NCBI GenBank assembly: GCA_015065325.1
Contig: SVQO01000008.1
Coordinates: forward strand, 7,840 to 71,839
Direction: 5' to 3'
Length of the DNA: 64,000 nucleotides
Origin: Oscillospiraceae bacterium
GTDB lineage: Bacteria > Bacillota > Clostridia > Oscillospirales > SIG627
Of this stretch, positions 7,848-16,666 are shown piece by piece; position 1 is the stretch's first letter, and each line of letters opens with the position of its first letter. The notes beneath the pieces were generated by a model. It did no database searches, was not told the DNA's origin, and saw only the letters and a list, made by a program, of their open reading frames with translations. The translations under genes and the position numbers were made by a program.

Positions 7848-9167
7848 ATGAAAAAAATACTCTGTTTGTTCCTGACCTTCGTTCTGCTTCTGCCGTTGAT
7901 CTCTTGCGGAAATGATCTTCCATCTTCCGAAAGCAAAACCGAAGAAGCTCTTCCCAAAACACAAGAAAAAGAAACCGAAGAAGCTCTTCCCAAAACACAA
8001 GAAAAAGAAATCGAAGAAACAAAACCCGAATATCCCACCGTGCATCAGCCTCTTACGTGGGAAAAGATCGACGCCATCCCCGTAGCAAAGGAGGGGATGA
8101 CAAGCGAGCAGCTTCGGCAGATCTGCCTGGATCTGTTCCGTTTGAGTCTGACCTTTCAGTGGACTCCCGCGCAGGATTACAGCTACAAAATTTCCGAGAA
8201 AAACGTAGTGCTGAAAACGGGCAATGTCTATGCAGGCGTTCCCTACGTTGCAGAAAATGCAGGCGGCAGCTTTTACGCCTTTCTGCGCTGTTACGACCCC
8301 GAAACGGGGATCCTGGATCTTGGCAGTGCCAAAAGCGCGGGCGTCATCCCCACCCTGGGAACCCACTGCTCCTCCGGTGCCTTCTGGGGCTGGGCAAGGG
8401 TAGTCAATTCCATTCCCTCCAGATACAGCACCGTTATGTATCACCACGAGCAAGGCTTTTTACGCGTGGGTCCCTATCAGTATTTTACGCCCGGTGACCG
8501 CTGGGACAGAGAAGACAATTCCACCAAAAACTGCTGTACGGCAAACGGGCAGGACGTGATGTTCCGCTCCTACGCCGCCATTGAGCCTGCCGACGGACTG
8601 CTTTTGGTAATGCCCTTCGGTATGCACGTGAGAATGGCGGTGAGCGTGACCGTGGTAAAAAATGAAGACGGCACCATCAACGGTGACAAGAGCTACGTGA
8701 CCTACCTGGATCAGGGCTCCTCCTGGGACGAAAAGGATCTGGGCGAGGAAGGCTCCGTTTCCTTCCAGGGCGGTGTGGACGAAAAGGAAAGCTTCTCAAA
8801 GCTCTACAAAACCGGCTACGTCCCCTTTACCTTTGGGGAGTTTTTGGGAACCGATCCCATTGAAAAGGCAGAGGCCACCCTCAAGCCGGAGGGCGACGTG
8901 ACCTTGACACAGCTGAAGGACGCCAAGCTTACCTCCAATTACTTTTTGGCAGATATCAACCTGACCGCCTACGATGCCGAGGGCAAGGTCCGCTTTACCA
9001 CCGCCTGCAATCCGGGCAACACCTTCTGTGTCAAGACCATGGAGATGGATCGCCTTTTGATGTCAGCCAAAACCCAAAAAGAAGTAAAGGCGGCGGAACG
9101 CGTCGTCATCAAAGCTTATCTTGCAAACGGAGAAACCGTAACCGTATTTGATGGAAAGGTGCTGTAA
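7848..9167 (+). CDS. Lipoprotein, hypothetical (possible Cys-peptidase-like 'GTHCSSGAFWGW' motif)
   Basis: MKKILCLFLTFVLLLPLISC lipobox, a charged repeat linker, then a globular domain. I recognise no family with confidence. Confidence 0.55.
   Translation: MKKILCLFLTFVLLLPLISCGNDLPSSESKTEEALPKTQEKETEEALPKTQEKEIEETKPEYPTVHQPLTWEKIDAIPVAKEGMTSEQLRQICLDLFRLSLTFQWTPAQDYSYKISEKNVVLKTGNVYAGVPYVAENAGGSFYAFLRCYDPETGILDLGSAKSAGVIPTLGTHCSSGAFWGWARVVNSIPSRYSTVMYHHEQGFLRVGPYQYFTPGDRWDREDNSTKNCCTANGQDVMFRSYAAIEPADGLLLVMPFGMHVRMAVSVTVVKNEDGTINGDKSYVTYLDQGSSWDEKDLGEEGSVSFQGGVDEKESFSKLYKTGYVPFTFGEFLGTDPIEKAEATLKPEGDVTLTQLKDAKLTSNYFLADINLTAYDAEGKVRFTTACNPGNTFCVKTMEMDRLLMSAKTQKEVKAAERVVIKAYLANGETVTVFDGKVL
7938..8009 (+). 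repeat. Perfect 36-bp tandem duplication inside the lipoprotein linker (TEEALPKTQEKE x2)
   Basis: 7938-7973 is identical to 7974-8009, read directly from the sequence. Confidence 0.9.
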
Positions 9168-9169
9168 AT

Positions 9170-9625
9170 ATGAAAACCATTCAAAGCTTTACCGTGGACC
9201 ACACCAAGCTCCGCCCGGGACTGTATATTTCCCGCAAGGACGGGGACGTGACCACCTTTGATCTGCGCACCCGTACTCCCAATGCAGGGGATTATATGTC
9301 AAATCTCGTGATGCACTCCGTGGAACATTTGTTTGCCACCGCGGTGCGCAACGGTCCTTTGGGGGAAGGAGTTCTGTATTTCGGTCCCATGGGCTGTCAG
9401 ACCGGCTTTTACCTGCTGACACGCGGACTTGCGCCCGAAGCGGTTCGGGATGAGATCCTTCGCGTGCTGGAGGAGATCTGCGCCTGGACGGAGGAAATGC
9501 CCGGGGGTCGGGAGATCGAGTGCGGCAATTACCGCAATCTGGATCTTGCGGCGGCAAAAGAGGAATGTGCCCGCTATTTGGCGATTTTGAAGGAAAGAGA
9601 GATCGATTTTGAATATGAAGTATAA
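9170..9625 (+). CDS. luxS: S-ribosylhomocysteine lyase
   Basis: 'FTVDHTKL', metal motif 'HSVEHL' and 'GPMGCQTGFY'. Length 151 aa. Confidence 0.9.
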   Translation: MKTIQSFTVDHTKLRPGLYISRKDGDVTTFDLRTRTPNAGDYMSNLVMHSVEHLFATAVRNGPLGEGVLYFGPMGCQTGFYLLTRGLAPEAVRDEILRVLEEICAWTEEMPGGREIECGNYRNLDLAAAKEECARYLAILKEREIDFEYEV

Positions 9626-10310
9626 AAGAGTTGGCGTGATCTGCGCCATGGCAAGTGAAGCGGATCGGATCCTTGCCGCCATGACGGAAAAGGAGACGAG
9701 ATCCGTGGGCTCTATGACCTTTTCTACGGGAAGGATCGGGGAACGGGAGGTGGTTTTATGCGTATGCGGCATCGGCAAGGTCTTTGCCGCTATGTGTGCC
9801 CAGACGATGATCCTGACCTTTTCCCCCGATTGCATCATCAATTCCGGTGTGGCGGGCTCCTTGTCCGAGGAGCTTGAGATTTTGGATATTGCCGTTGCCG
9901 AGGAGCTGGTTCAGCACGATATGGATACTTCGCCTCTGGGTGATCCTGTGGGAATGATCTCAGGGATCAACCGCGTCCGGCTTCCTGCCGATTCGGAATT
10001 GGCAGAGTGCATTTGCACCGCCGCCAAAGCCCTTGGCTTTACGACGAAAAAAGGCAGGATCGCTTCGGGAGACCAGTTTATTGCCACCGCGGAGCAGAAG
10101 GAGAGGATCAAGACGCTGTTTGATCCCATTGCCTGCGAAATGGAGGGCGCCGCCATTGCACAGGTTGCTTTCGTTGCGGGCGTGCCCTTTGCCTGCATCC
10201 GTGCCATTTCCGACTCGTATTCCGGAAAAAATGAAATGGACTATGCAAAATTTGCCGCGAAAGCGGCAAGCCGCGGAGCGGAGCTTCTCATACGCGCCTT
10301 GACGGAATAA
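9609..10310 (+). CDS. mtnN: 5'-methylthioadenosine/S-adenosylhomocysteine nucleosidase
   Basis: 'VGVICAMASEA', 'CGIGKVFAAMCAQTMI', 'INSGVAGS' and 'EMEGAAIAQVAF..PFACIRAISD'. It overlaps the luxS end. Confidence 0.85.
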   Translation: MNMKYKRVGVICAMASEADRILAAMTEKETRSVGSMTFSTGRIGEREVVLCVCGIGKVFAAMCAQTMILTFSPDCIINSGVAGSLSEELEILDIAVAEELVQHDMDTSPLGDPVGMISGINRVRLPADSELAECICTAAKALGFTTKKGRIASGDQFIATAEQKERIKTLFDPIACEMEGAAIAQVAFVAGVPFACIRAISDSYSGKNEMDYAKFAAKAASRGAELLIRALTE

Positions 10311-10392
10311 ACTTTTTTGTTCAAAAAATATTTCTTGTTTTTTCATGGATTCTATGATAGAATAAGAAAAATATCTCATAAGGAGAAACGTT

Positions 10393-11910
10393 ATGAAAAG
10401 ATTGATCGCATTGATCCTTGCCGCGATGATGCTGTTTTCTTTGGCAGCGTGTGGCAGCTCGTCACTTGAAAGCGAACCCGTCGCTCCCAAGCAGACCGAA
10501 GAAAAGAAGACCGTACAGAGCACTCCTCCTGCCGCGACTCAGGACGAGATCGTTTTGGAAACCGGTCCCATTACGTTGCCCGAGGGCTTTTCCGTGGGCT
10601 ATGCCCGCGTAGATATTACCCCTACTGCCTGGCCGACCCTGTTCTACAACGGTGAATACGCCAAAAATGCGCACGACCCCTTGCAGTTTACGGTCGTTGC
10701 TCTTTCCGACGGTGCAACCGTTGCACTCATCTGCTCGATCGATATGCGCGGTATGAACACCGAGCTGGTCGAGAAAACCAAGGATCTTTTGGTGAAGGGC
10801 GTTGAGAAAAACTCGGACATCAAGATCGCTCCCGAGAATATCTTTATCAACAACTCCCACTCTCACTCCGCGGTTGACTGCAATATGGAGGATCCCACCG
10901 TCGTACGCTGGAAATCTCAGGTTTACTACAAGAAGCTTCCTATCGTAGGCGAGGCCGCAGTCCGCGACCTGACCTCCGCCGAGCCTTATGCGGGCAAGAG
11001 CCATACCGAGGGTCTGACCTTCGTGCGCCGCTACTTCCGCGAGGACGGGACTTTTACCAGCATCCATTACAGAGACACCTCCAGCTCTCCCATCGTTCGT
11101 CACGAGTCTGATCCCGATACGGAAATGCGTACCCTTCGCTTTGACCGTGCCGGAGACGCCAAGGACGTTCTGATGGTCAACTATCAGACCCACTACGGCT
11201 CTGCGGAAAGCATTTGGCCCGACCAGATCTCTGCGGACTTCGTCCACCAGTTCCGTGAAAGAGCAGAGAAGGATCTGAACTGCCACTTCTCCTATATTGC
11301 GGGAGCAGGCGGAAACCTGGTATTCAACACCCGTATCGCAGGGGAGAGAAAGTATCCCACCATCGTGGAGGGCTCTGTTCATATGCTGGACGTTGCCAAG
11401 GAGGCGATTGCTGTCGAGGAAAAGGTTGCGACCGGCGCCATCCGTTCTTCCTACGTGATGTACAAGGGTACCCACAATCACGACTACGATCCGGACATCG
11501 TTAACAAGGCAAAAAGCATTGCCAATGCAGGCGCGCGCACGAAGGAACAGCAGGAGCTGATCGATCTGTACGGCTTCCATTCCCGCTATCAGGCAAGCGG
11601 AATCATTGCAGGCATGAGTGCCGATTACACCGAATTCCCCTTGGCTGCCATCTCCTGCGGCGATATTGTGTTCTGTGCTTTCCCCTATGAAATGTGGGAT
11701 ACCAACGGCAAGGAATGCCGCGATGCTTCCCCCTTTAAAGTGACCTTTATTTCTTCCCTGACCAACGGCGGAGTAGGCTATATTCCTGCCGCACATGCCT
11801 TCCCCAACGGTGGCTACGAGGTTTATTCCTGCCGCTTTAAGCCCGGCTGCGGTGAGGAATTCGTGGCAGAGATGCTGCGCTTGCTGGCAGACTGCAAGGC
11901 GCAGGGCTAA
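10393..11910 (+). CDS. Lipoprotein, ceramidase-like hydrolase (tandem paralog 1)
   Basis: Lipobox LFSLAAC. Motifs are 'GFSVGYARVDITP', 'HDPLQFTVVALSDG', 'NNSHSHSA', 'LTFVRRYFREDG', 'VNYQTHYGS', 'GAGGNLVFN', 'CGDIVFCAFPYEMWDTNG' and 'GGYEVYSCRF'. It ends LLADCKAQG. Confidence 0.65.
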   Translation: MKRLIALILAAMMLFSLAACGSSSLESEPVAPKQTEEKKTVQSTPPAATQDEIVLETGPITLPEGFSVGYARVDITPTAWPTLFYNGEYAKNAHDPLQFTVVALSDGATVALICSIDMRGMNTELVEKTKDLLVKGVEKNSDIKIAPENIFINNSHSHSAVDCNMEDPTVVRWKSQVYYKKLPIVGEAAVRDLTSAEPYAGKSHTEGLTFVRRYFREDGTFTSIHYRDTSSSPIVRHESDPDTEMRTLRFDRAGDAKDVLMVNYQTHYGSAESIWPDQISADFVHQFRERAEKDLNCHFSYIAGAGGNLVFNTRIAGERKYPTIVEGSVHMLDVAKEAIAVEEKVATGAIRSSYVMYKGTHNHDYDPDIVNKAKSIANAGARTKEQQELIDLYGFHSRYQASGIIAGMSADYTEFPLAAISCGDIVFCAFPYEMWDTNGKECRDASPFKVTFISSLTNGGVGYIPAAHAFPNGGYEVYSCRFKPGCGEEFVAEMLRLLADCKAQG

Positions 11911-11926
11911 ATTTAAAAAAGCAAAA

Positions 11927-11954
11927 AATGCTATGGTTTCCATAGCATTTTTTC
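11927..11954 (+). terminator. Intrinsic terminator after paralog 1
   Basis: AATGCTATGG-TTT-CCATAGCATT followed by TTTTT. A near-identical copy lies after paralog 2. Confidence 0.75.
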
Positions 11955-11983
11955 TTGTATTTCGGAAAAAAGCGTGTTATACT
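11955..11983 (+). promoter_or_regulatory. Sigma-A-like promoter for paralog 2
   Basis: TTGTAT-N17-TATACT with TG at -15/-14 (TGtTATACT). Confidence 0.5.
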
Positions 11984-12013
11984 GATGATACCGAAAAGGA
12001 AAGGAAATTTGCT

Positions 12014-13498
12014 GTGAAACGGATTCTTGCACTACTGCTTTTGCTGACAAGCCTTTTTTCTCTGTTTTCCTGTACCGCCGCGCTTCCGGAAGAAAAGATC
12101 CCTGTGCAGACGGCGGAGACTACGGAAAAACAGACTTCCGAGAATAAAGCGGAAAAGGGACCCATTACCTTGCCCGAGGGCTTTTCCGTGGGCTATGCCC
12201 GTGAAGATATTACCCCCATTACCTGGCCCGTATTTTTAACCGAAAACGGCGGTTACGCCGAAAAAGCCCACGATCCCTTGCAACTTACCTGCGTTGCGCT
12301 TTCCGACGGGAAAAACGTGGCGCTGATCTTGACCGTGGATATTATCAATATGAATCTGGAGCTGACGGAAATGTCCAAGAAGCTTCTGACCAAGGATCTG
12401 GATATCGAGATCCCGTCGGAGAATATTTTCCTCAACTGCTCCCATACCCATACCTCTGCGGATTACAAGGCAAAATCCGAGCCCAGCATCGCTGCCTGGA
12501 AGTCCCAGGTTTACTATAAGAAGCTTCCCTTGGTGTCGGAGGCGGCGCTCCGCGACCTAACCCCTGCCAAGGCGTTTACGGGAACAAGCCATACCGAGGG
12601 CTTGACCTTTGTGCGCCGCTACTTCCGCGAGGACGGAAGTTTTGAAGGTATTTTGCACAAGAATTCTTCCAATTCCCCCATTGTCCGTCATGAGTCTGAG
12701 CCGGATACGGAGCTCCGTACCATCCGCTTTGAACGTGAAGGGGAGAAAAAGGACGTCTTGATGGTCAACTATCAGACCCATTACGGCTCTGCAAGTGCGC
12801 TGTATCCCCAACAGATCTCTGCCGACTTCGTTCATCCCTTTCGCCAAGCGGCGGAGAAACAGCTGAATTGTCACTTTTCTTACTGCAACGGTGCGGGAGG
12901 AAATTTGGCGTTCAACAGCAGAATTCCCGGGGAGAGAAAGTACCCCACCTTTGAGGATGCCATTCCCCATTTGATGGACGTGACAAAAAGCGCCCTTGCC
13001 GCCGAGGAAGCGGCTGAGGTAGGTGAGCTTCGAGTTGCCCACAGTGATTACCGGGGGATCTGCAACAACACCTACGACGAGGAGACGGTGGCTTTGGCAA
13101 AAGCGATCATCAACGCTCCCGCAGAGAGTGAAGAACGTGCCGCTCTGGTTGCAAGCTCTGATTTTTACGATGCTTTCCACGCAAGCTGTGTGTATATTGC
13201 CGCCACCACGGGAAGCATCAACGTTCCTTTGACTGCCATTACCTGCGGAGATCTTGCCTTTTGTGCCTTCCCTTACGAAATGTTCGATACCAACGGCAAG
13301 GAGTGCCGCGAGTCTTCTCCCTTTAAGATGACCTTTATTTGCTCACTTACGGGAGATGCGTTGCGCTACGTCGCTTCTGCCGAGTCTTATAAAAACGGTG
13401 GCTACGAGGTGTATTCCGGCCGTTTCCGTCCGGGCAGCGGCGAGGAATTCGTGGCAGAAATGCTGCGCTTGCTGGCAGATTGCAAGGCACAGGGATAA
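12014..13498 (+). CDS. Lipoprotein, ceramidase-like hydrolase (tandem paralog 2)
   Basis: A GTG start follows AAGGAAAGGAAA. The signal is VKRILALLLLLTSLFSLFSC. It carries the same motif set as paralog 1 (NCSHTHTSAD etc.) and ends LLADCKAQG. The longer ORF-track start at 11795 would read through the terminator and promoter. Confidence 0.65.
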   Translation: MKRILALLLLLTSLFSLFSCTAALPEEKIPVQTAETTEKQTSENKAEKGPITLPEGFSVGYAREDITPITWPVFLTENGGYAEKAHDPLQLTCVALSDGKNVALILTVDIINMNLELTEMSKKLLTKDLDIEIPSENIFLNCSHTHTSADYKAKSEPSIAAWKSQVYYKKLPLVSEAALRDLTPAKAFTGTSHTEGLTFVRRYFREDGSFEGILHKNSSNSPIVRHESEPDTELRTIRFEREGEKKDVLMVNYQTHYGSASALYPQQISADFVHPFRQAAEKQLNCHFSYCNGAGGNLAFNSRIPGERKYPTFEDAIPHLMDVTKSALAAEEAAEVGELRVAHSDYRGICNNTYDEETVALAKAIINAPAESEERAALVASSDFYDAFHASCVYIAATTGSINVPLTAITCGDLAFCAFPYEMFDTNGKECRESSPFKMTFICSLTGDALRYVASAESYKNGGYEVYSGRFRPGSGEEFVAEMLRLLADCKAQG

Positions 13499-13515
13499 AT
13501 TTAAAAAAGCAAAAA

Positions 13516-13544
13516 AATGCTATGGATTTTCCATAGCATTTTTC
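13516..13544 (+). terminator. Intrinsic terminator after paralog 2
   Basis: AATGCTATGG-ATTTT-CCATAGCATT followed by TTTT. Confidence 0.75.
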
Positions 13545-13573
13545 TTGTGTTTTGGGAAAAACCGTGTTATACT
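13545..13573 (+). promoter_or_regulatory. Sigma-A-like promoter for paralog 3
   Basis: TTGTGT-N17-TATACT (TGtTATACT), homologous to 11955-11983. Confidence 0.5.
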
Positions 13574-13603
13574 AACGGTACTGAAAACGAAAGGAAAACT
13601 GCT

Positions 13604-15070
13604 ATGAAACGATTTTTTGCGACGGTGCTTGCGCTGGTAAGTCTTCTGTCCTTGGGCTCCTGCTCCTCCTCTTTGGAGACCGGAGAAGTGAAAACGGCGG
13701 AGGAAGTGAAGGAAAGCGTGGAAAAGACCCCTGAAAAAGAAGCGGAAACGGGTCCTTTCGTTCCGCCAGAGGGCTTTTCCGTGGGCTACGCCAGACTGGA
13801 TATGACCCCCTCCAATTTTCCCATTCTTTCCTATGACGACGGCTATGCCAACGGCGCGCACGATCCGATTCAGATGACCTGCGTTGCCGTTTCAGACGGT
13901 GAGACCACCGCCCTTCTGATCACCCTTGATCTGAGAAATATGGGCGTGACCCTGGCGACCCGTTGCCGCGAGATCATTTCCAAGAACGTGGGGATTCCCG
14001 TTGAGAATATCTATATGAATTCCTCCCACACCCACTCCTCCGTGGATTGCAACTTCGACGAGGATTCCGTTACCATCTGGAAGACCAAGTTTTACAAGCT
14101 TCTGCCTCAGATGGCAGAGCAGGCGATTCGCGATCTGACTCCTGCCGACGCTTACGTGGGCGCCTCTCACACCGAGGGCCTCACCTTCGTGCGCCGCTAT
14201 ATCGGTGAGGACGGTTCCTTCAACGGAATCGGCGACGCCGCCACTTCCGTCAACCTCCGTCATGAATCCGAAGCGGATTCCGAAATGCGCGTGATTCGCT
14301 TTGATCGCGCAGGGGACGCCAAGGACGTTGTGATGGTCAACTATCAGACCCACTACGGCGGTGCTACCTCCCTGTGGCCTGAAAAGCTTTCCGCGGACTT
14401 CGTGCATTTTCTCCGTCAGAGCGCGGAAAAGGAGCTGAACTGCCACTTCTCCTACTTCAACGGCGGCTCGGGGAACCTTGCCTTCAACACCAAACTGGAG
14501 GGAGAATTGAAATATCCCACCTTTGTAGATGCCATCCCCCACATGATGGACGTGGTGAAGGATGCGATTAAAGGGGAGGAAAAGGTGCAAACGGGGAAGG
14601 TGCGTGTGGAAAACAACGACTTCGTCACCGAGTCCCGTAAATTTGACGAGGATACCGTTGCCAAGGCAAAGCAGGTGGTGGACGCGGGCAAGGATACCCA
14701 AGTCCAAAAGGATCTGATCCTTCAGTACGGCTTCCGCTCCCGCTATGAAGCCGCTGCCATTTGCAGAACCGCCGCCATGGCGGATCAGACTGCCGTGAAT
14801 TTCGGTGCGGTCAGCTTCGGTGATATCGCTCTGGCCTTCGCTCCTTACGAAATGTTCGACGCCAACGCCAAGGAAATTCGCGAGGCTTCTCCCTTTCAGA
14901 TGACCTTCGTTTGCGGCTACACCAACGGCGATTACAGCTACGTTCCCGCCGCCTACGCTTGGGAAAACGGCGGCTACGAGGTCTTCTCCTGCCGATTCCC
15001 CGAGGGCTGTGGCGAGGTCTTTGCCAACGAAATACTGCGTCTTCTGAACGCGTGCAAGGCACAAGGATAA
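13604..15070 (+). CDS. Lipoprotein, ceramidase-like hydrolase (tandem paralog 3)
   Basis: ATG at 13604 after AAAGGAAAA. Lipobox LLSLGSC. Motifs are 'GFSVGYARLDMTP', 'NSSHTHSSVD', 'FVRRYIGEDG', 'VNYQTHYGG', 'GGSGNLAFN', 'FGDIALAFAPYEMFDAN' and 'GGYEVFSCRF'. It ends LLNACKAQG. Confidence 0.65.
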   Translation: MKRFFATVLALVSLLSLGSCSSSLETGEVKTAEEVKESVEKTPEKEAETGPFVPPEGFSVGYARLDMTPSNFPILSYDDGYANGAHDPIQMTCVAVSDGETTALLITLDLRNMGVTLATRCREIISKNVGIPVENIYMNSSHTHSSVDCNFDEDSVTIWKTKFYKLLPQMAEQAIRDLTPADAYVGASHTEGLTFVRRYIGEDGSFNGIGDAATSVNLRHESEADSEMRVIRFDRAGDAKDVVMVNYQTHYGGATSLWPEKLSADFVHFLRQSAEKELNCHFSYFNGGSGNLAFNTKLEGELKYPTFVDAIPHMMDVVKDAIKGEEKVQTGKVRVENNDFVTESRKFDEDTVAKAKQVVDAGKDTQVQKDLILQYGFRSRYEAAAICRTAAMADQTAVNFGAVSFGDIALAFAPYEMFDANAKEIREASPFQMTFVCGYTNGDYSYVPAAYAWENGGYEVFSCRFPEGCGEVFANEILRLLNACKAQG

Positions 15071-15077
15071 AAATAAA

Positions 15078-15120
15078 ATGCTATACAAACACAAATTTTG
15101 TGCTTGTATAGCATTTTTTA
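15078..15120. terminator. Bidirectional terminator between paralog 3 and the patatin gene
   Basis: AATGCTATACAAACAC-AAATTTT-GTGCTTGTATAGCATT flanked by an A-run and a T-run. Confidence 0.7.
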
Positions 15121-15963
15121 TCTTAAAAATTCTTTGAGCCTTTCCGTTTGTTCCTTTCCCGCATCGTACCCGAGACGGTGTGCCAGACGAAGCTTTTCGG
15201 GATCCTTTTCCGTGCGGCTGACGGGTAAGGGCTCCGAGGGCATAATGACGAAGGCTTTTCCCTCTGCCTGCTTGCGGAAGATCTCCTCCCGCTGAGCGTT
15301 GTAACGGGTGTGGCGAGACTTCATACATTGGTACAGGGCGCTTTTTTTGCCGTAGCGCAAGCCCATCAGAGCAAGGGCGGAGGAGCTCTCCTTCCGATAA
15401 GAGGAGGGCTGAGTCAGGATTACCACGTTTTTCTCAAAACCTTGGTTCTCCATAAAGGAAAGGGGGATGGAATCCGCTACGCCGCCGTCCAAATAGGATT
15501 CCCCGTCGATCATCACTTTGCGGGATACCAGGGGCATAGAGGCGGAAGCGCGGAACAGGGACATCGTCCTTTCCCGATCCCCGTTGCAGAGAAAACTGCG
15601 GGCAGTGCCCGTTTCCACGTGCGTACAGGTGACGTAAAAGGGTGTGCCGTCCCGATCCCAGGCATCCCAGTCGAAGGGGTCCAGCTCCTCGGGCAGGGTC
15701 TTATAGCAGAATTCGGCACCGTACAGATCTCCGGTGGTAACCAGGGAAAACAGACTGCAATAGCGCTTGTCACGGCAAAAACGGGTGTTATAGCGGAGGG
15801 CTCTTCCTTTTTGAGCGGAACGAAAATTGCATCCGAAGGCGGCGCCTGCACTGACGCCGACGATTCCGTCAAAACGAATTCCTTCCTCCAAAAAGGCGTC
15901 CAATACTCCTGCGGTAAAGAGTCCCCGCATAGCGCCGCCTTCCAGTACCAGTCCCGTTTTCAT
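15118..15963 (-). CDS. Patatin-like phospholipase family protein
   Basis: Oxyanion 'LEGGAMRGLFTAGVL' and nucleophile elbow 'GVSAGA'. AAAGGAG lies 8 nt before the ATG at 15963. Confidence 0.8.
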   Translation of the reverse strand: MKTGLVLEGGAMRGLFTAGVLDAFLEEGIRFDGIVGVSAGAAFGCNFRSAQKGRALRYNTRFCRDKRYCSLFSLVTTGDLYGAEFCYKTLPEELDPFDWDAWDRDGTPFYVTCTHVETGTARSFLCNGDRERTMSLFRASASMPLVSRKVMIDGESYLDGGVADSIPLSFMENQGFEKNVVILTQPSSYRKESSSALALMGLRYGKKSALYQCMKSRHTRYNAQREEIFRKQAEGKAFVIMPSEPLPVSRTEKDPEKLRLAHRLGYDAGKEQTERLKEFLR

Positions 15964-16131
15964 CCTCACTGCTCCTTTGTGGATTTCCCCTATTCTAGCA
16001 AAAAAACTTCAATTTTGCAAGTTTTGGGCTCAAAAACCCTTTTTATGCAGGTACAAAGCGGGAAAAAGACTTGACGAATGGAATAAAAGACGATAAAATA
16101 TAGAAAACTAAAGTGAAAATGGAGGTTTATT

Positions 16132-16434
16132 ATGAGCGAAAAAGAATTGGAACTGGACGAACTCGAGCCCGATCGCGTAACTCTTACCGACGAAGAAGGC
16201 GTTGAAAGAGAATTTGATATTATCAGCACTTTGGAATTGGACGGAAACGAATACTTTGCACTGGTTGCCGTAGAGGGTGACGAGGACGAGTATATCATTC
16301 TCAAGGTTGTTGAAGAAGACGGCGAGGAGGTTCTCATCACCATTGACGATGACGATGAATTTGACCGCGTTGCCGATGCTTTCGACAATGAAATGATGGA
16401 AGAGATCGACCTGGACGAGACTGACAAAAACTGA
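16132..16434 (+). CDS. DUF1292-family acidic protein
   Basis: 'VTLTDEEGVEREFDIISTLELDGNEYFALV...DEYIILKVVEEDGEEVL..IDDDDEFDRVADAF' is the typical DUF1292 pattern. Confidence 0.75.
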   Translation: MSEKELELDELEPDRVTLTDEEGVEREFDIISTLELDGNEYFALVAVEGDEDEYIILKVVEEDGEEVLITIDDDDEFDRVADAFDNEMMEEIDLDETDKN

Positions 16435-16439
16435 TCTTT

Positions 16440-16656
16440 TTTCCTGCCCTTCCCGTGATGAAGACGACAAGAAACCTACGAATTGAAATTGGAGCCCGGC
16501 TTCTCAAAACGGCTGCAGACCTCCCTGCTTTACGCGAGGACGTTGGGAGCACATAAGTTCGAGAGAGGGCACCGCCCCTGGCTAAGTGGGGTTTTCAAGA
16601 ATCTTCACACGGTCGCGGCGGGGTTAGAAAAAAGCACTCCTTTGGGAGTGCTTTTT
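16440..16656 (+). ncRNA. Candidate structured RNA or structured 3' UTR ending in a strong terminator (identity unknown)
   Basis: A non-coding, GC-rich stretch of about 190 nt. Long-range pairing links CCGTG(A)TGAAG (16453-16463) with CTTCACACGG (16603-12), and GAAACC with GGTTTT. The terminator is AAAAAAGCACTCC-TTTG-GGAGTGCTTTTTT at 16627-16656. Confidence 0.25.
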
Positions 16657-16666
16657 TCAGTGAGGT

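Noticed and set aside
6711-8453. 580-aa minus-strand ORF
   Set aside because: It runs antisense through the tRNA-Lys gene, the rluD-like gene and the lipoprotein gene. The sequence is low-complexity, so I treat it as an artefact of the absence of stops.
11795-12013. 5' extensions of lipoprotein paralogs 2 and 3 (11795-12013; likewise 13517-13603)
   Set aside because: They would translate through a terminator hairpin and a promoter. The lipoprotein signal peptides start at 12014 (GTG) and 13604 (ATG), each with an RBS.
10462-15328. Long minus-strand ORFs (10462-11943, 12557-13180, 13892-15328) opposite the tandem lipoprotein genes
   Set aside because: These are shadow ORFs. The plus-strand frames have signal peptides, RBSs, conserved family motifs and terminators.
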